DNA of 64,000 nucleotides, from positions 110,790 to 174,789 of the forward strand of contig CAJFCJ010000038.1 in assembly GCA_904063045.1 (NCBI GenBank). The letters run 5' to 3'. Origin of the DNA: Dimorphilus gyrociliatus. Taxonomy: Eukaryota > Animalia > Annelida. The position numbers and the translations under genes are program-made. Positions 59,001 to 64,000 of the stretch are shown here, piece by piece; positions within the stretch are counted from its first letter, which is position 1, and each line of letters opens with the position of its first letter. The notes under the pieces were generated by a model. That model was not told the DNA's origin. It searched no databases and worked only from the letters and a program-made list of their open reading frames with translations.

Positions 59001-60644
59001 TTAAGCATACATATTCTAATTTTTAACCCATAAAATGATGCTATTGGTTGACAATCATTAAAATTCCTACTCTTTTCCCTACAATAAATATGGTAATTAG
59101 GAGTTCTATTTGCCATTTCCATTGTCTTCTGTTCAAAAAATGAATATTGAAATCCAAAATGTTTACACATTAAATCGTGTTCGTGTTTATGCTCAATTCT
59201 AAAATTTGTCCATTTATTGTAGAGAAGACCTTGAAGATAACCTTCAAAACTATGTAGTATATGACCGATTGAAGGTTTTAGGGTTATATTACGAGTTAAA
59301 TTCACGTATCTATAGGAAATTTTCTCTGTAACAGAAAAACATTTTCAAGTAACAACAACAAAGAAATTGTTTATTAGGGAAATGTTTACCAGTTCCTCCG
59401 CATGATGGCATTGCAAGATGAACTTTTTGAGGGCTATATCTATGATATTCACAATTTACAAACATAGTCTTCTGCAGTACGCAATAAACCATTGTTTTAG
59501 TCTGTAAGAACAAATCAAATTTTTATTCTTACACTTTGTGTTTAGTTATAGTATATTGAAATAGGCTTAAGAAACTTTCCGCGCTCTTTGGGAAGAAAAA
59601 TAAATCATTGCAGTATTTGGACTCTTTAAAGAAAGGAATTTGATTGCAGACCATTTTGCAGATGTCTGATATGTTTACATTTACAAAAAGTGGACTGCCA
59701 ATTAGAAATGTTTTAGAAGTCAGGAAGTAACTAACACGGAAGGAATACATTTGCTTAAATATCAATGTATTCAGTTCATTAGATCCAAATATTTCAATTT
59801 TTACATCTGTTCAAACGAATAAATAAAACTGTATATGTAAGAAACAAAAAACAAACAAAAGAAAAACAAGATAGGCCTACAATTTCATTACCATCTAAAT
59901 CTGAAAATGAACATATCATACTTTGTTGAGTTGTATGAAAAGTTTGATTTTGTATTGTATTATTGACATTCAATGTAAAATTGATCATTTCCTTTTCAAT
60001 TTGTAATTTTGTATTTATTCTATTTAAATAAAATTCTGAAAGTTTGCAAATTGATTTTCTGGAAATTGGCGAATGTAAAATTGAATAGGTTTTATTGGAT
60101 TTTTTAACAAATATTCCAAATGTATTCCATTTTAATTTCATAGCAAAAATATCTATAAAAATAAGGAGAAAAAAAAAAGGAATTATTTTCTTTTGTTTGA
60201 ATAGAAAGAAAAAAAAATTCAAACAAGTTGAATATTTCTTAAAACATTTTATACAAAATCCAGTTGTATCATTCCACTTCGATTCATTACTAGAAAAATT
60301 GAATAGAAAATTAAAGAATATTAAATTACTGTTTATATTCATTTATTTTAATACAGTATAATCTTTGAATCAATAAAGCTATAACTCCACTTCGTAACCA
60401 GTCTAATCGAATCCATTTTACAAGGATAGGAATTTGAATGTATTGAATCGTATCCAATATGTTTACAATATTGATTTGTAAAAAATATTGGTACATTGAT
60501 ATACGAAAGCACATTTTCGTATACTAATAAGCCTTTAACAAAAGATTTACTATCCTCAACAATTTCCAAAGACAATTGCCTTTTGTTCAATGTGACGACA
60601 ACCAATTTAGGTAAAATAAAAAGAATCAAAATTAAATGTAACAT
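56075..60644 (-). pseudogene. GRL101-like (LDLa-LRR) glycoprotein-hormone/relaxin-type GPCR, truncated after TM1
   Basis: Signal-like MLHLILILFILPKLVVV, several LDLa exons (CEVGEFLCQRENFCIQIEQVCDGINHCINNEDELNC; CDGNIDCPQQEDELNC; CDFVPSCPDKSDEMDC), LRRs, the hinge FRLCC..CKP..STCSDML and TM1 WCFGLLGLIGNLL. TM2-7 are not found in the window. Confidence 0.8.
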
Positions 60645-61007
60645 TGTTAAAATGGTGCTAAAAGTCTATACTGTAAAGAAATGGTCAATAAGAATGAAAT
60701 ATGAAGATAAATTGTGAAAAGAAAATGTAGAAATGTAATGAACACATAAGTAATTAAATTAATTTCAAAGAATTAATTTAATAATGGCGTCACTTTGAAA
60801 TAAAAAATAACTGTAATATTATTCCAACATAAAGAAAATATATGTAATATAAGGCTATAATCTTTAATAATTTTTCATAAAACTAGGCTTAATTTTGATG
60901 AAAATTTCAATTTTTATCAACTTTCACTAGTTTTTCATATCATCAGTCTTCTAGATGGACACATGTTCCAATGTTAATTCAATTTTTCAAGTTTCCTTCC
61001 TGATAGA

Positions 61008-61710
61008 CAGTAGTCCGCAGAAATTTTCGTACACCCTAAATTTTGATAACCCAAATTTAAAATAACCGTCAAAAATGTTTTTTCCCATGATAATTGTTTT
61101 TCTTTTGTCTAAATTTATATAGATAAAGAGTAATATTTATTATATTAATAATAAAGAAATGAAAAAGAAATAAGGAAAGGGTGATAGCAGGAAAAATTTT
61201 ACAGGAATTAGAAGTAGATGTAAGCATAGCAACAATACAGAGAGAGCTGAAAAGACAAAATTTCAAGTATAGACTAGTAAGACAAAGACCTGACCTCACA
61301 TCGAACAATTGTAAAAGAAGAAAAACGTATTACCTTAAGATGATCAGTGATAATCTAGACTGGTCTAAAGTAATTTTCACCAACAAGGCTAGATTCTCAC
61401 TGAGTGGCCCTAATGACTTCAGAACATGGACAAATCATGGTGAAAAAGAATTCAGGGTGACAAAAAATATGGGCAGAGGTGGAGTAATGGTTTGGGGACT
61501 CATAACATTGGATGGAATATTTGAGATATCGAGGATAAAGAAGAAACTGAATGCTGACAACTATAGCAGTTTTATTGTGGAAGATGTTCTGCCTGTAATA
61601 GAAGATATATCAGCAAAAAATGGGGAGGCAGTACATCTTCCAGCAAGACAAGGCTTTTATGCATAGATGCATAAATGATATTTTTAATTTAAGATAAAAT
61701 GGGTGTGGTT
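61008..61710 (+). mobile_element. Truncated Tc1/mariner element
   Basis: TIR-like CAGTAGTCCGCAGAAATTTTCGTACACCC at 61008. Transposase motifs are VSIATIQREL, WSKVIFTNKARFSLSGP (catalytic D replaced by N), GRGGVMVWG and a frameshifted IFQQDKA..H. No right TIR was seen. Confidence 0.85.
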
Positions 61711-62188
61711 TCATTCAGTTACAATTTCACCTGCTTCCGAGAGAGAAATGAAAATATTTTCCATTTTTGGCTGGCTATTTTCCATTTCATTTAAATTTTT
61801 TAATACATCTTCTAACATTATACTATTTAGAGGAAACTGGTAAAAATATTGCAATATATATTTTATTTTGTAATTGAAGCACAAAACACAGATAAAATTA
61901 TTTCAGATTAAAAGTATCAATAATAATGCCTTTAGATCTAAACAGAATGACAATTTTTCAACAAATCAAACCATTCTGCTATGATTGCAATACAAATATT
62001 TTCAAACAAGCATGGTTGTAACTTTTTGAAACCATGTGGTTATGGTTATAACTCTGAAGAACTCTTTTCAACAGAAATAGGATAATTCCTTAAATTTTAA
62101 ATTGTGACAATATATTAAAAATATGGCAAAGATAGCATTTTTCCTTGTAATTTGACTAAACATCAGGTTAGATCAGATTAGCAGAGGT

Positions 62189-62796
62189 ATGCTGAAAAAT
62201 TGTTCTAAAATGAAAGCAATTGAGCTAAGGAAGAATGATGGTATGAGAAATAGCTTATTAGAAATTTGTGATGTACTTATTCATTCATCAAATACTTTGG
62301 AAGAAATTGATTTTAGTTCATGTAAACTGACAGAAAATCAATGTAAAGATATTGGAAATATGCTCAAAATTTATTTTAAATAGGAGTATTGAAATTAAGG
62401 AAAAATAGTAATATGGGAAATGGATTTAAACATATTTGTGATGGCCTAATTTATTTAGCAAACAATTTAAAGCAACTTGTTTTTGGGGAATGTAATCTAA
62501 CTGAAAATCAATGTTTACAAATTAGAAATATGGTGAAAAATTGTTCTGAAACTGAAGTAATCAATTTCTCAGGAAATCAAACTATGGAGAATGGAATAAT
62601 TGAGATTTGTGATGGACTTGTTCATTCAATCAGTAATTTAAAAGAAATCAATTTTAGTGATTGTAATCTAAGTGAAAATCAATGTTTACAAATTGGAAAT
62701 ATGCTGAAAAATTGTTCCAAAATGGAAGTAATAAATTTATTGGATAATTGTTCGATAGGAAATGAAAAAAAAGAAAGATTTTTATTTTTTTTTTAA
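62189..62796 (+). pseudogene. NLR-type LRR fragment of a different subfamily
   Basis: ICDGLVHSISNLKEINFSDCNLSENQCLQIGNMLKNCSKMEVINL repeats with an internal stop at 62381-62383 and no NACHT nearby. Confidence 0.8.
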
Positions 62797-62829
62797 AGAA
62801 AGATATTTATTTAAACAATCAAGGAATAT

Positions 62830-63534
62830 TAGTATTTGCAACTGATGATCAGTTAAAGCTTTTGTGTAAGGCTACAATATGGTATGTGGATGGTACTTTT
62901 AAAATTGCCAAGGGTCCATTTCTTCAAATGTTCTCAATTCACGGATTCTTAAGGAAAAATGGACAGTTGAAGCAGGTGCAATTGCTTTTTTCATTCTTAA
63001 CTTTAATAAAAAAAGAGCTTATAAATTACTATTCAAGGTAAGTTATATTTTTAAATACTTAAATCAATGATAATTTGTGCATTTAGGCTGTAAATAAATT
63101 AATTTGGACGTTTTCTGTTCAAATATGAATGATTATGATTATTGAAAATCAATTCAATAACATTCAGAATAGACTGGCAGGAGAAAATAAACTCACTGAT
63201 TTGTTGGAATGTGTTTCTAATACATGGATAAAGAGTTCATTTTGGCCTCCAGAGACTTGGTCTGTTTTTGATCAAAATATCAGAAGGTTACCATCACAGG
63301 CTTAACAAAATTATTGGAGAAAATGTTTCTTTCTATTTAGTCATAGATTAATTGAAGAGGGAGGCAGACCTAATTTATCTTTACAAAAAGCTTTTAAGTG
63401 AAAGAAAAATCATTAGACTTCAAAGGAAGATTTATACCCAAATTCAAAATGATTATGTCTTAATTTGGGAAAATTTTAAAAAGGGTGAAATTACTGCAAA
63501 ACAGCTTCAATTGTGCTCAGAATTGTATTTTTGA
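62830..63534 (+). mobile_element. Mutator-like (MULE) transposase remnant
   Basis: FATDDQLKLLCKATIWYVDGTFKIAKGPFLQMFSIHG and NTWIKSSFWPPETWSVF match MULE DDE-domain motifs; stops and frameshifts are present. Confidence 0.85.
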
Positions 63535-64000
63535 AAAATAGTGGACTGTTACTTGATATCAAGTGAAAAAATAAGTTTGTTTTAGTTTTCTAGTGGTTTA
63601 CAAATACTCTATACACAACTTACTTTGTAAAAGCAAAGTTGCACATTATTAAAAGTTTTCTCTTAAGTTATAGCCATTTTGTCTTAATTCATGGACATTG
63701 TCTGTCGCATACTTATTCAAACTATTCTGTTTTAAGTCTATAAAAAAAAGATAAGAATTCAAAAAATTTCCTCAAAAATTTGGAAATACTATAATTGAAT
63801 GGACATTTACCAGGTTTTATTTATTGGTTACATACACCATTTATAACAGCAATTTCTTCAAATTGAATATACTGTCTAAAATAAACATCAGATGGAAAAA
63901 AAATTTTAAAGATTATCTGAAAAAAAGAAACAGAAAACAATTTGCAATAAATCAAAACTGTCTTATTCTTACTTTTATAGGAGATTGGTAATAAGAATTT

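Noticed and set aside
59794-60361. ORFs 59794-60342 (-) and 60095-60361 (+)
   Set aside because: They are Phe/Lys-rich translations running through AT-rich introns of the GRL101-like gene.
8747-62796. Orphan LRR fragments (8747-9313, 62189-62796) as VLR-like donor cassettes for the NLR array
   Set aside because: They are far too divergent from the core 171-bp units to be recent conversion donors.

Overview
AT-rich animal genomic DNA with short (about 60-90 bp) GT-AG introns. The gene content suggests a compact-genome lophotrochozoan such as a small annelid (inference only). Left to right: (1) repeat and LTR debris; (2) a decayed KY/hillarin-like transglutaminase-family gene, interrupted by a MITE and ending in a dynein microtubule-binding-like domain; (3) a giant multi-exon polycystin-1-like gene (11365-32601) whose ectodomain is a repeated C-type lectin-PAN-discoidin cassette followed by fibrinogen-like, fucolectin, PKD and REJ domains, with a degenerate GPS site; (4) small PAN-domain and secreted-protein relics; (5) an intronless 3237-aa NACHT-LRR (NLR) gene with a huge, recently homogenised 171-bp (57-aa) LRR array built from shuffled variants; (6) a minus-strand Ty3/Gypsy element whose gag-PR-RT-RNaseH is decayed but whose integrase is fused in frame to an uninterrupted class III (herpes gB / rhabdovirus G-like) envelope protein; (7) a GRL101-like LDLa-LRR GPCR truncated after TM1; (8) Tc1, NLR-LRR and MULE fragments. 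The best candidates for something new are the integrase-Env fusion ORF, the modular NLR LRR array and the cassette-built polycystin. All domain calls come from motif recognition by eye; no searches were run.
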